This document shows, in pieces, positions 23,081 to 32,203 of a DNA stretch of 64,000 nt. Positions within the stretch are counted from its first letter, which is position 1; each line of letters begins with the position of its first letter. The position numbers and the translations under genes were made by a program. The notes below the pieces were generated by a model. The model saw only the letters and a program-made list of their open reading frames with translations. It made no database searches and was not told where the DNA came from. Source of the stretch: Planktothrix sp. GU0601_MAG3 (lineage in GTDB: Bacteria; Cyanobacteriota; Cyanobacteriia; Cyanobacteriales; Microcoleaceae); contig CP136572.1 in assembly GCA_035193785.1 (NCBI GenBank), forward strand, positions 3,892,578 to 3,956,577. Direction: 5' to 3'.

Positions 23081-23094
23081 GTTTTCCTAGAATG

Positions 23095-23137
23095 AAAAAA
23101 TAGGGGGCGGGAAAATGCCCAAATATTCACCCGCCCT
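23095..23137 (-). terminator. Possible intra-operon terminator/attenuator hairpin
   Basis: Minus strand GGGCGGG...CCCGCCC followed by TATTTTTT. Confidence 0.45.
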
Positions 23138-23144
23138 GAATAAC

Positions 23145-23840
23145 TTACACAGCAACCGCATCTAAAGCCGGAGGTAATGCTACCTCTTGCACAGAATTTA
23201 ACATCAATTCAGAATGTTCCTCTCCCTTAGCATGAGCCGCCATTAAACAGGCAATTTCATGGGGGGGTAAATTATCTAAACAGACCATTTTTCGCGTTCC
23301 TTCTAAGTCAATCATCCGTGATAAATTACTCGAATCAGATAAAACCGCCGCGGCTTGTTCCACAATCGACCAATCCGTGCGTTCCTGCCAAGACCATTTT
23401 AAACTATAATAATTAATGGGTTTTACAACTCCATTTTCATCGGGTTTCTGGCCGGAATGTTTGGTGAATTCAGGCATAAAAATTCCCGTTGCGGGTTCCA
23501 CACCTCGGGCTTGAACCGAAGCAACTAAACGGTTAAAATCACTCAATCCCCGGGATTTCAAATAAGTCACCATCACCACACCTTTTGGCAATTCTCCCGA
23601 TTCCGCTACGAACCAAATTTGTCCCCATAAAGTGTGTTCTGTTTGTCCTAAACTACCAAAAAATTTGCTAAATTTTAGGATAGTCATAGAACATTTAGAA
23701 CCATAATCCGTGTCTCCAATTGTCCACTGTCCCGCCTGACAATTATTGCGAACAGCAATCGGAATTTCAGGCACTAATAGGGCTTCTTTCGGTTTTGCCC
23801 CAAAAACAGTAAAGGTTGCTTTTTCTAAGGTTTTAGTCAT
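23145..23840 (-). CDS. Hypothetical protein, beta-rich and aromatic-rich (possibly phage-type ssDNA-binding)
   Basis: Intact 231-aa ORF; the function is inference only. Confidence 0.65.
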   Translation of the reverse strand: MTKTLEKATFTVFGAKPKEALLVPEIPIAVRNNCQAGQWTIGDTDYGSKCSMTILKFSKFFGSLGQTEHTLWGQIWFVAESGELPKGVVMVTYLKSRGLSDFNRLVASVQARGVEPATGIFMPEFTKHSGQKPDENGVVKPINYYSLKWSWQERTDWSIVEQAAAVLSDSSNLSRMIDLEGTRKMVCLDNLPPHEIACLMAAHAKGEEHSELMLNSVQEVALPPALDAVAV

Positions 23841-23948
23841 TTTATTTTCCTTGATAATTCAGAATTTTTGCACTAAGTTTCCCTATCAAGGCGAGTTAAG
23901 AGGTATCTGCATTTTCTCGCCTCAATTGTAGTTAAGTTGGAAAATATC

Positions 23949-24209
23949 CTATCGAATTAAATGGGATTGTTTTTCCGGTTCAGGATAGGTATATAAAGGC
24001 TGTTGTTGAGCTTTAAGAAGGTTTAAAACCCCCAATAAATGCTCTAATAAATGGGTATGGGCGGTGGTAAAATGAATACTAAATCCTTCCCCATCCCGGG
24101 CATAACCTGGACAGACTAAGGATGCAGAACTTTGTTCTTCATGGATGGCAATATAAAGCCAATCCTCGTCTTCTAATTTGTAATGGGTATCTGTCCAAGT
24201 TCTGAGCAT
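23949..24209 (-). CDS. Small hypothetical protein (86 aa), first gene of the leftward operon
   Basis: GGAGG RBS upstream of ATG 24209. Confidence 0.65.
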   Translation of the reverse strand: MLRTWTDTHYKLEDEDWLYIAIHEEQSSASLVCPGYARDGEGFSIHFTTAHTHLLEHLLGVLNLLKAQQQPLYTYPEPEKQSHLIR

Positions 24210-24342
24210 GGCATTTTCCTCCAGTATGGATTTGGGTTTTTTTACTAAAACCTCAATCCCCAATTAATCGGGTGATTAAAACACTCGATTCAGGTTGAAT
24301 CATTAGACCTTTACGACAAAAGCCACAAACCGCTTTTGGGTA

Positions 24343-24358
24343 TTGAACTTTTATTCAA
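24343..24358. promoter_or_regulatory. Palindromic candidate operator TTGAACTTTTATTCAA
   Basis: 15/16 identical to 24478-24493; just downstream of the leftward -10 element. Confidence 0.7.
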
Positions 24359-24366
24359 CTCCCCCT

Positions 24367-24395
24367 ATCTTAGACAATGTTGATGTAATCGTCAA
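24367..24395 (-). promoter_or_regulatory. Sigma70-type promoter of the leftward operon
   Basis: Minus strand TTGACG-17 bp-TAAGAT. Confidence 0.7.
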
Positions 24396-24477
24396 GTCCC
24401 GGAGGAAAATTTTTTTGATCCCAGTTTCCCCATCTCTACCCTTGGTGACTCGTAAGGAGTAGACTGGTGGTAGTGGG

Positions 24478-24493
24478 TTGAAATTTTATTCAA
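24478..24493. promoter_or_regulatory. Palindromic candidate operator TTGAAATTTTATTCAA
   Basis: Lies between a candidate -10 (TAGACT 24460-24465) and the XRE gene start. Confidence 0.7.
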
Positions 24494-24527
24494 ACCAGCG
24501 TATCATCGGAATCGGGAGGAATGTACT

Positions 24528-24866
24528 ATGGAACAAACCTTTGGAAAGCTAATTCGTCAAGCGCGGAAAGAGAAATTCTACTCACAGCGGCAGTTAGCGG
24601 CATTGCTGGAAGTGGATTTCACCTATTTATCTAAACTAGAAAATGACCGGGCAGACTACTCTCCTAAAGAAGATGTAATTAGGGGTTTGGCGAGAAATTT
24701 GGGTTTGGATGAGGAGGAATTAATCTTTTTGGCGGGGCGAATACCTCAGCATTATGAGAAATTTCTCAAAGAAAATAATAAGAGTATGACGGCACTATTC
24801 CGCCGAATGCAAGAAAATCCGAACTTTGCCCAGCAAATTTTTGAGGCTGCGCGGGAGGTTGAATAA
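24528..24866 (+). CDS. XRE-family helix-turn-helix regulator
   Basis: FGKLIRQAR...SQRQLA...VDFTYLSKLEND HTH; GGAGG RBS. Confidence 0.92.
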   Translation: MEQTFGKLIRQARKEKFYSQRQLAALLEVDFTYLSKLENDRADYSPKEDVIRGLARNLGLDEEELIFLAGRIPQHYEKFLKENNKSMTALFRRMQENPNFAQQIFEAAREVE

Positions 24867-25502
24867 GTGAGTATCCTGAAACCCTATCGCTTTTATCGTC
24901 GAGAGTCGATTGAGCGTCGGGCAAATGAGATTTTGCGACGGATGCAAGCCACACCCAATTTTGCCCCAGAGTGGCCGTTTGAGGCTTCTTTGGTGGCGGA
25001 TTTTCTCGATTTAGGGGTGGTTTGGGATTGCATTCGGCCCGATGAACAGGGAGCGATCGCGGCTCGAATTTTGCCCACAGAAAGACTCATCGAAATTAAC
25101 GAAGAAATTCAAGACAAACCCAAGGGCTTTATTGAGTCTACCATTGCCCATGAAATTGGTCATTGGGTATTACATATTGATCATGATCAATTAGAGTCTG
25201 GCGGGTCAGAAACTGCGGATAATCTATCAGATGAACCCTTTGTTTGTCGGGCTACCATTGAAGATGCCCATTTAGCATCTATTGAATGGCAAGCGCAATA
25301 TTTTGCTAGTTGTTTATTAATGCCTCGCCCGATTTTAGAAGCTAAACGAGTCGGTCGAGATTTAACCAATTGGCAACACCTTTATACCATGAAAGATGAG
25401 TTGGGGGTGAGTATTTCTAATTTAACTAATCGCTTACAGGAATTAGGTTGGATTTCTATTCCTAAAGGAGAACGCACGATTTACCCGGGAAAAGCTGCCT
25501 AA
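24867..25502 (+). CDS. ImmA/IrrE family metallo-endopeptidase
   Basis: TIAHEIGH (HExxH) and EWQAQYFASCLLMP motifs; starts immediately after the XRE stop codon. Confidence 0.92.
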   Translation: MSILKPYRFYRRESIERRANEILRRMQATPNFAPEWPFEASLVADFLDLGVVWDCIRPDEQGAIAARILPTERLIEINEEIQDKPKGFIESTIAHEIGHWVLHIDHDQLESGGSETADNLSDEPFVCRATIEDAHLASIEWQAQYFASCLLMPRPILEAKRVGRDLTNWQHLYTMKDELGVSISNLTNRLQELGWISIPKGERTIYPGKAA

Positions 25503-25506
25503 AATA

Positions 25507-25533
25507 TCGTTTCAAGGCTCCCGCCTTGGAATG
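25507..25533 (+). repeat. CGTT-type palindromic repeat, left end
   Basis: TCGTTTCAAGGCTCCCGCCTTGGAATG; imperfect inverted copy at 26602-26627. Confidence 0.6.
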
Positions 25534-25557
25534 ATTTTATAGAGGCTTTTCTCCTTT

Positions 25558-25681
25558 CTATATGACTGAGAAGTCGCAAAAAGCCGTGCAAAACCGAATG
25601 GCAGTTGAAGCCTTTTTGACTAATGTTGACCTTTATTTTGTAGATGAAGAAACTGCTATTATTTACAGTAGTATAAAAGCA
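25558..25681 (+). pseudogene. Internal fragment of a PIN/VapC toxin gene
   Basis: Translates LYMTEKSQKAVQNRMAVEAFLTNVDLYFVDEETAIIYSSIKA, matching the mid-region of the VapC at 26306. Confidence 0.55.
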
Positions 25682-25729
25682 ATGGATATGATATAATAAT
25701 TAATACTTAAAGTAAGGAGAATATCAATC

Positions 25730-26035
25730 ATGGCTCGAAAAGTCTTAGGTATTCATTTTGTTTGTAGAAATGGGCTTAATATTGAAGAATTAGGGGACGG
25801 TAGATTCAAAAGTGGGGATTGGAAAGTATCGGAAGAAACTGCTAATACCGCACTCTATTTAGCACTTCACGACCAGAAAAATCTTCACTCTTATAAACAA
25901 GGAATAATTGAAAGTTGGGAACACTATGAACGTGACGGAGGCAGAATCATTTTTTATGTAAAAGAATTTGATAGACCGCTAGAATGGGTCGGTGATGGAA
26001 CAGGAGAAAAAGGATATTGTTGGTCAGAGAACTAA
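25730..26035 (+). CDS. Hypothetical protein (101 aa)
   Basis: AAGGAG RBS; TATAAT upstream; Trp/Gly-rich beta pattern. Confidence 0.75.
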   Translation: MARKVLGIHFVCRNGLNIEELGDGRFKSGDWKVSEETANTALYLALHDQKNLHSYKQGIIESWEHYERDGGRIIFYVKEFDRPLEWVGDGTGEKGYCWSEN

Positions 26036-26088
26036 GGTGATATGAATATAAGGTAACAGTGTAGAATGGTAGAAAGGAGAAATACAAG

Positions 26089-26316
26089 ATGAACATTTCT
26101 ATCATCGATGAAGTTGTTGAACAGCTAAAAGTCATGCCGGAGGATTTGCAATGGCAGGTACTCGAATTTGCGCGAACATTAGTAAAAACAGAAGTTCGGG
26201 GGACGACAGGGCACAAATTGCTCTGTTTTGCTGGCTCTATTCCTCTTGATGACCTTGAATTTATGCGTCAAGCAATTGAGCAAGATTGTGAAAGGGTAGA
26301 TATTAATGAGTGGTAG
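26089..26316 (+). CDS. Putative type II antitoxin
   Basis: 75 aa, AAGGAG RBS, overlaps the downstream PIN toxin gene. Confidence 0.7.
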   Translation: MNISIIDEVVEQLKVMPEDLQWQVLEFARTLVKTEVRGTTGHKLLCFAGSIPLDDLEFMRQAIEQDCERVDINEW

Positions 26317-26587
26317 ATACTTGTTGGATACCAATATCATTACTGCTCTTTTTGCCGATGAAACTGTAATCAAAAATAACCTAGCTCAAGCTGATGAGGT
26401 TTTTATTGCCAGTATTACTATTGGCGAATTGTGTTACGGTGCTAGAAAATCAGGACGAATTCAAGCAAATTTAATCAGAATTCAGCAGTTAGTTTCTAAC
26501 AGTACAGTGCTGGTATGTGATAGTGAAACTGCTCAGGAATATGGCGATATTAAAAACAGGTTAAGACTTCTTTTCCAGGGCTGGTAG
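26306..26587 (+). pseudogene. vapC: VapC/PIN toxin, 3'-truncated
   Basis: YLLDTNII and GELCYGA motifs present; the C-terminal D..IAA half is missing and replaced by repeat sequence. Confidence 0.75.
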
Positions 26588-26601
26588 AGCCACCCTAATT
26601 A

Positions 26602-26652
26602 CATTTCTAGGTAGAACCTAGAAACGAGGTTAAAACGAGGTTAAACGAGGTT
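26602..26652 (-). repeat. CGTT-type palindromic repeat, right end, followed by tandem AAACGAGGTT units
   Basis: CATTTCTAGGTAGAACCTAGAAACGA hairpin; three AAACGAGGTT units, the first overlapping the hairpin end and the last overlapping the Uma2 stop. Confidence 0.65.
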
Positions 26653-27210
26653 AACATCTTCATAAATATCAACCAAGGATAAGGTTAAATTTAAACTTTG
26701 CAAAATAAAAGTTACCTCGCTGGGGTTATAGGTTTGAAAATACCATCCTCCTTTTTTATTGCGTCGGAATATTTCGACTCGTTGGTGTTTTGTATTTACT
26801 AAAACATATTCTTCCAGACTATCTAAAGTTTGGTAGTCGTTGAATTTATCCCCTCGGTCAAAAGCTTCGGTACTTTCAGAAAGCACTTCAATAATTAGTT
26901 TGGGAAAGCGTTTATAAGTAGAGGTTTCTTGGTCTTGGGGGTGACAAGTTACCAGAATATCAGGATAATAAAAACAGTTACATTCTTCGAGACGGACTTT
27001 AATATCTGCAAAATAAACGCGACAATCTTTTCCCCGTAGGTGAGAGCGAATTAAGCTGGCAAAGTTTAAAGCAATGGTATTATGGGTATCGGTTGTTCCC
27101 GCCATTGCATAGATTTCACCATTAATATATTCATGTTTGATGGTGTTTTGGGTTTCGATTTCTAGGTATTGTTCTGGAGTTAGGGAAAGATGGTCAGAAA
27201 GGGCAATCAT
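26641..27210 (-). CDS. Uma2 family endonuclease
   Basis: HEYINGEIYAMAG, YPDILV, IIEVLSEST and DRGDKF motifs. Confidence 0.93.
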   Translation of the reverse strand: MIALSDHLSLTPEQYLEIETQNTIKHEYINGEIYAMAGTTDTHNTIALNFASLIRSHLRGKDCRVYFADIKVRLEECNCFYYPDILVTCHPQDQETSTYKRFPKLIIEVLSESTEAFDRGDKFNDYQTLDSLEEYVLVNTKHQRVEIFRRNKKGGWYFQTYNPSEVTFILQSLNLTLSLVDIYEDVNLV

Positions 27211-27258
27211 TGTTTTGATATTCCTATTTTAATTTAAAATTAACATTGATAATCTTAA

Positions 27259-27775
27259 TTAAACAACAGGTTCAATAAAGCGTTGATTAGCCCTAATAAA
27301 AAACGCCCCGCCTTGATAGGAAACTACTAACCAAGGTTTACCAACCTGATCAAATTTAATCGGATAACGGTAATCTGGATGGGGGATTAATACCGTACCC
27401 GTGGGGAAACTGGTATCAATATTATAGTTAAAACCTGGGCCGCTACGAGCATTTAATTTTTTAGCACAAATCACTTGCCATTGTTGCCAATTTCCATTAG
27501 TAAAATCCCCTAACTCATTGGGAATAGGAGATTGTTGAGATTGAATGGGATTAGACTTTTTAATAGCTGCTACAGCTTGTTTAATTTTAAGGTGAGTAGC
27601 ATCCCCAATGATTCCATCAATTGGTAATTCCATTTCCTCTTGAAAGGCTTTAACAATGGTTTCCAAATTCTGATCAAAAGGCATTCCCAACCGACCAATA
27701 CTATAGCCCAACTGTTCTAACTGATATTGAATTTCTCGAACCCTAGCCCCGGGTTTCACCGCGTTTTAAAATCAT
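27259..27775 (-). CDS. Peptidoglycan-binding domain plus SH3-like domain protein (apparent frameshift at 27753)
   Basis: Repaired start MILKRGEPGARV; VKAFQ...DGIIG PG-binding motif; LNARSGPG SH3b-like motif. Confidence 0.8.
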
Positions 27776-27926
27776 GTTTAACTTCTCCTCTCAATGTTCC
27801 GGTTTTATGTTAACATATAGAAATATTAAATAACCCTTAATATTATCTTCTCGATATTAAATCATTCTCTCGACTCGGTTAACAAGACGTATCCCCATTT
27901 TAAGTTTGATAAATTAGGTTAACACC

Positions 27927-29153
27927 ATGGATAGACGGCAATTTCTAAAATTTGTAGGAATTTCGGGTACATCAGCGATCGCAACTTTAGGGACTCACGG
28001 ATGGATTAGCAAAAGCCTGGCCGCTTCCCCCGGCTCAAAACGCTTAATTGTAATTTTTCTCCGAGGTGGAATTGATGGTTTAAATGTGGTGGTTCCATAC
28101 TCCGAACCCGCATATTATGCCGCCCGTCCAGTGATTGCCATTCCCAAACCCGGAACCGAAAAAGGGGCGTTAGATTTAGATGGATTTTTTGGGGTTAATC
28201 CGGCTTTATCATCCCTAATGCCTCTTTGGAAACAAAGCAATTTAGCTTTTGTTCATGCCACGGGTTCTCCCATATCCAACCGTTCCCACTTTGAAGCCCA
28301 AGATCAGATGGAAACGGGAACCCCCAATAGCCACAAAACCCCCGATGGCTGGATGAACCGTTTATTAGGGGTTTTACCCGGACAGACTCCCGTTGAAGCC
28401 GTCAGTGTGGGAACTGCAATTCCCCGCATCCTCTCCGGTTCCCAGTCCGTCGCCAATATTACCCTCAATTCCAATAGTACCCGGGAACTCCCCATTGATC
28501 GAGATCAGGTTAAAGCCGCCTTTGATCAACTTTATGCCAGTAACGATGCCCTCAGTTTAGCCTATAGAGAAGGTCGGAGCGCCCGGGAACAACTGCTGAA
28601 GGAATTGGACGCGGAAATGGAAGCCGCTAACCAAGGTGCGCCCTTACCCAAAGGATTTGCGGGGGAAGCCCGACAACTGGGGAGTTTGTTAGTCAGAGAT
28701 CCGAGAATTCAACTGGCCTTTATGAATCTGGGAGGCTGGGATACCCACGTCAGCCAGGGGGGAGCGACCGGACTTTTAGCGAATCGGTTAACTTTTTTAT
28801 CAGAGGGATTATCGGCCTTAGTGGAACGGTTGGGGGATGTTTATGGGGATACAACGATTGTGGTGATGTCCGAATTCGGGCGCACGGTTCAGGAAAATGG
28901 CAATGGCGGGACGGATCACGGCTATGGGAATGTGATGTGGCTCTTGGGTGGGGCGATCCAAGGGGGAAAAGTTTATGGGGAATGGCCAGGTTTAGCTAAA
29001 TCGGAGTTATTTGAACAACGGGATTTAAAGGTAAAAACAGATTTTAGAGAGGTAATTGCTCAGATTTTAGCGAGCCAATTTAAACTCAATTCTCAGCAGA
29101 TGGGTCGGGTTTTTCCCGACTTTACCCCCTCTCAAACCGTTAGTCTAATCTGA
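27927..29153 (+). CDS. DUF1501 family Tat-exported protein
   Basis: MDRRQFLK Tat signal; FLRGGIDGL, RSHF, GGWDTH, SEFGRT and GTDHG motifs. Confidence 0.9.
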   Translation: MDRRQFLKFVGISGTSAIATLGTHGWISKSLAASPGSKRLIVIFLRGGIDGLNVVVPYSEPAYYAARPVIAIPKPGTEKGALDLDGFFGVNPALSSLMPLWKQSNLAFVHATGSPISNRSHFEAQDQMETGTPNSHKTPDGWMNRLLGVLPGQTPVEAVSVGTAIPRILSGSQSVANITLNSNSTRELPIDRDQVKAAFDQLYASNDALSLAYREGRSAREQLLKELDAEMEAANQGAPLPKGFAGEARQLGSLLVRDPRIQLAFMNLGGWDTHVSQGGATGLLANRLTFLSEGLSALVERLGDVYGDTTIVVMSEFGRTVQENGNGGTDHGYGNVMWLLGGAIQGGKVYGEWPGLAKSELFEQRDLKVKTDFREVIAQILASQFKLNSQQMGRVFPDFTPSQTVSLI

Positions 29154-29271
29154 AATTGAGATTCAATGTTAGAAAGTCAGCAAAATTTGGTAGATTATTA
29201 AAATATTCTAAAACTACGGGATTATCTGCTAAATTGCTGATTTCTGTTTTCAACTTATACACTTGGATTTC

Positions 29272-30478
29272 ATGGCGAAAAGTTCGTGGCGATATGGTCT
29301 TTCAAAAGGCACTAAACAAATACTGAAATCAGTTGCTCTAATGATTTTAGGTCTGGGGTTGATAGTTTTATTATCCGCCCACCCTGGGATGGCGAATGCT
29401 CCCAAAATATTTCCAGAAATTCGCGGGGTTTGGGTGACAACAAATGATACGGATATTGTTAGAGATCATACTAAATTACAGGAAGCCGTTAATCAACTAG
29501 CACGACTCAATTTTAATACTATTTATCCGGTGGTTTGGAACTCAGGCTATGTATTTTATCCGAGTATGGTTGCTCAAACAGGAGGGTTTCAACCATTTAT
29601 TCGCAAAGGTTTACAGGGACAAGATATTTTAGCAGATTTAATTAATTTAAGTCATCAAAAAGGAATATTAGTAATTCCTTGGTTTGAGTTTGGATTTATG
29701 ACCTCGCCGTCTTCGGAATTAGCCTTAAATTATCCCCAGTGGTTAACCAGTCGCCAAGATGGAATTCAGACCTGGGAAGGCGCCGCCGGAGAGGTAGTTT
29801 GGTTAAATCCCTTTCATCCAGAAGTCCAACAATTAATTACTAATTTAGTATTAGAAGTTATGACCCAATATCAGGGGGATGGTATTCAATTTGATGATCA
29901 TTTGAGTTTACCGATTGAATTTGGTTATGATCCCTATACGGTTAAGTTGTATCAGCAACAGACGAATTCACTTCCTCCGAAAGACCCGAAAGATCCTGCT
30001 TGGGTGCGTTGGCGTGCGAATAAAATCACCGAATTTGTGCAAAAATTGAATAAAACCGTAAAAGCGAAAAACCCTAAAGCGATTTTTTCTATTGCTCCTA
30101 ATCCCTATCATACCGCTTATAATAGTCATCTTCAAGATTGGGTTGGTTGGGTGAAAAAAAATCTAGTTGATGAGTTAATTGTGCAGATTTATCGACCCGA
30201 TTTACCAAGTTTTGTTAGAGAATTAGTTAAGCCAGAAATTCAAGCAGCGCGGGGTAAAATCCCGACGGGAGTGGGGATTTTAACCGGATTAAGAAATCGA
30301 CCGATCGGGATGCAACAAATTCAAGCTAAAATACAAGCTGCGCGTCAAAATGGCTTAGGGTTTTCGTTCTTTTTCTATGAAAGTTTATGGGATGAAGCTC
30401 CTGAAACCCGCCAATGAAAGACAAGCAAAATTTCAATCCCTATTCTATTATCCAGCTTCGCGGGCATTTCTGAGATAA
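29272..30478 (+). CDS. Glycoside hydrolase-like (GHL10/YddW family) protein (apparent frameshift at 30403)
   Basis: EIRGVW, WFEFG, WLNPFHPEV and DGIQFDDH motifs. Confidence 0.85.
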
Positions 30479-30601
30479 TCTTTAAAATAGGCAATAGGGA
30501 ATGGAAAATGGGCAATGGGTAATAGTGATTGATTTTTCAATTGTTCTAAGATGCTTAAAAGCTTATATCTTCCCCATTCCCAATCACCAATTTAAGAGAA
30601 T

Positions 30602-30660
30602 TACGCAGATTAACACAGATTAAAATCCGTGAAATCCGTGAAATCCTCTTAAATCCGTGA
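30602..30660 (+). repeat. Short 9-10 bp tandem repeats (ACRCAGAT / AAATCCGTG)
   Basis: AAATCCGTG repeated between convergent genes. Confidence 0.65.
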
Positions 30661-30670
30661 TCCCCGTTAC

Positions 30671-32146
30671 TTAATAGTTTAATAATTGAGCGACAACAGA
30701 AGGCATCGGAAGTATTATTAATAATAATAATCCCAAGGTTGATAACCCGATAATATCTCGAATATTATTGAGTTCACTGACATCATTTAAGGCGGGTTCA
30801 TCCTGTAGGGGAAAAAAGAATAATAATAGGGCTAAAATCAAAAATTCACTGTGAATTAATGCTAAAATTAAGATTAATAATCGTGCTACCTGACCGATAA
30901 TCATACCAGTTTTTTTACCAAACATAGCATGAACAATATGACCGCCATCTAGTTGTCCGATGGGGATCAAATTAAATGCTGTTATAATCAATCCTAAATA
31001 TCCCGCGATCGCCACCGGATGTAAATGGATAGCCTGTTCAGCAGTTAACGCAGCACCTAATATTAACTTACTCAATAACGTTAGTAAAAATGAAAAACCA
31101 GGATTCAAGGATTCAAAATTTAAAAATCCCGAAATTTTGGGATCAAAGGGAACAACCGTTGACTGACTCAACCCCCAAATTAATAGCGGTAAGCTAATGA
31201 TAAATCCAGCTAAAACTCTAACAATACTAATATCAAATAATGCTCGACGATGGGGAAAAGGCGATCGCATCTGAATAAAAGCACCCAAAGTTCCCAACCA
31301 AAAAGGAATCGGGATAAAATAGGGTAAAGTCGCCCGCATTTGATACCAACGAACTGCTAAATAATGGGCAGACTCATAAATTGCTAAAATTCCCATTAAA
31401 GCCATACTATAGGGTAGTCCTGCCAATAATAAACCGGGGTTATCTTGCCAAGCATCCAGGGGAACATTTGCCATTTCGACACCCGCCGCCGTGGTGGTAA
31501 ATAGGGTAATGAAAAATAAACAGAAAGCTAAAATAGGACGGGTTAAGGGTTCAGATTGAGGGAGATTATCAGCCCTTTCTTGATAGGGATTGGGGACTAA
31601 AGCAAAGAACGGTTTATCTTGTAGATCCTGTTGAAATATAATTAAAAAGCGATCGCTAAATTCAGCCTGAATATTATCTCGAATCGTTTGATAAGCTAGA
31701 TCAGAATTAGACCGTAACTGACCCCGACAAATCACCGCTTGTAAGCGATATTCAATATTATGTAAGGGAAAGACTGTCCAGGGAAAACAACTGCGAAGAA
31801 TGTCTTCTTCCTGTTGATCCAAAGGGCGCGGTAAACTGGGTTTTTCCGGGGAGAGAATTGGGTTTGTTGGAGTAGCAATATCTAATTCCGGTGATGGCGG
31901 AGGAATCCGCCCCCACTGTACCAAAAACCAATATAAACAGGGACAAACAATAAAGGGAATAATCACTAACCCGGCGGGAATCGGTTTTTGATCGTAGATC
32001 CAAATCCAAGTTCCCCAAATGAACGCCGGAGTCATCATCACCAACCACAGTAACCAAACCGGAGTCCGGGTAATTTGAGCCACACCCCTTTGTAGTAGCC
32101 AGTAGGTCATCAACCCCAAAATTATTAACCAAAATAACATGATCAT
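30671..32146 (-). CDS. Site-2 protease (M50) family membrane protein
   Basis: NLIPIGQLDGGH motif; the HExxH position reads YESAH. Confidence 0.85.
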   Translation of the reverse strand: MIMLFWLIILGLMTYWLLQRGVAQITRTPVWLLWLVMMTPAFIWGTWIWIYDQKPIPAGLVIIPFIVCPCLYWFLVQWGRIPPPSPELDIATPTNPILSPEKPSLPRPLDQQEEDILRSCFPWTVFPLHNIEYRLQAVICRGQLRSNSDLAYQTIRDNIQAEFSDRFLIIFQQDLQDKPFFALVPNPYQERADNLPQSEPLTRPILAFCLFFITLFTTTAAGVEMANVPLDAWQDNPGLLLAGLPYSMALMGILAIYESAHYLAVRWYQMRATLPYFIPIPFWLGTLGAFIQMRSPFPHRRALFDISIVRVLAGFIISLPLLIWGLSQSTVVPFDPKISGFLNFESLNPGFSFLLTLLSKLILGAALTAEQAIHLHPVAIAGYLGLIITAFNLIPIGQLDGGHIVHAMFGKKTGMIIGQVARLLILILALIHSEFLILALLLFFFPLQDEPALNDVSELNNIRDIIGLSTLGLLLLIILPMPSVVAQLLNY

Positions 32147-32203
32147 CGGTAGTTTTAATTCAGTTAAAATCGACAATTACACCGTAAAAATTAATCTGAT
32201 AAT

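Noticed and set aside
20043..27210. Prophage or ICE around the XRE/ImmA pair
   Set aside because: No integrase, relaxase, terminase or structural genes and no att-like repeats seen; a remote mobile origin is not excluded.
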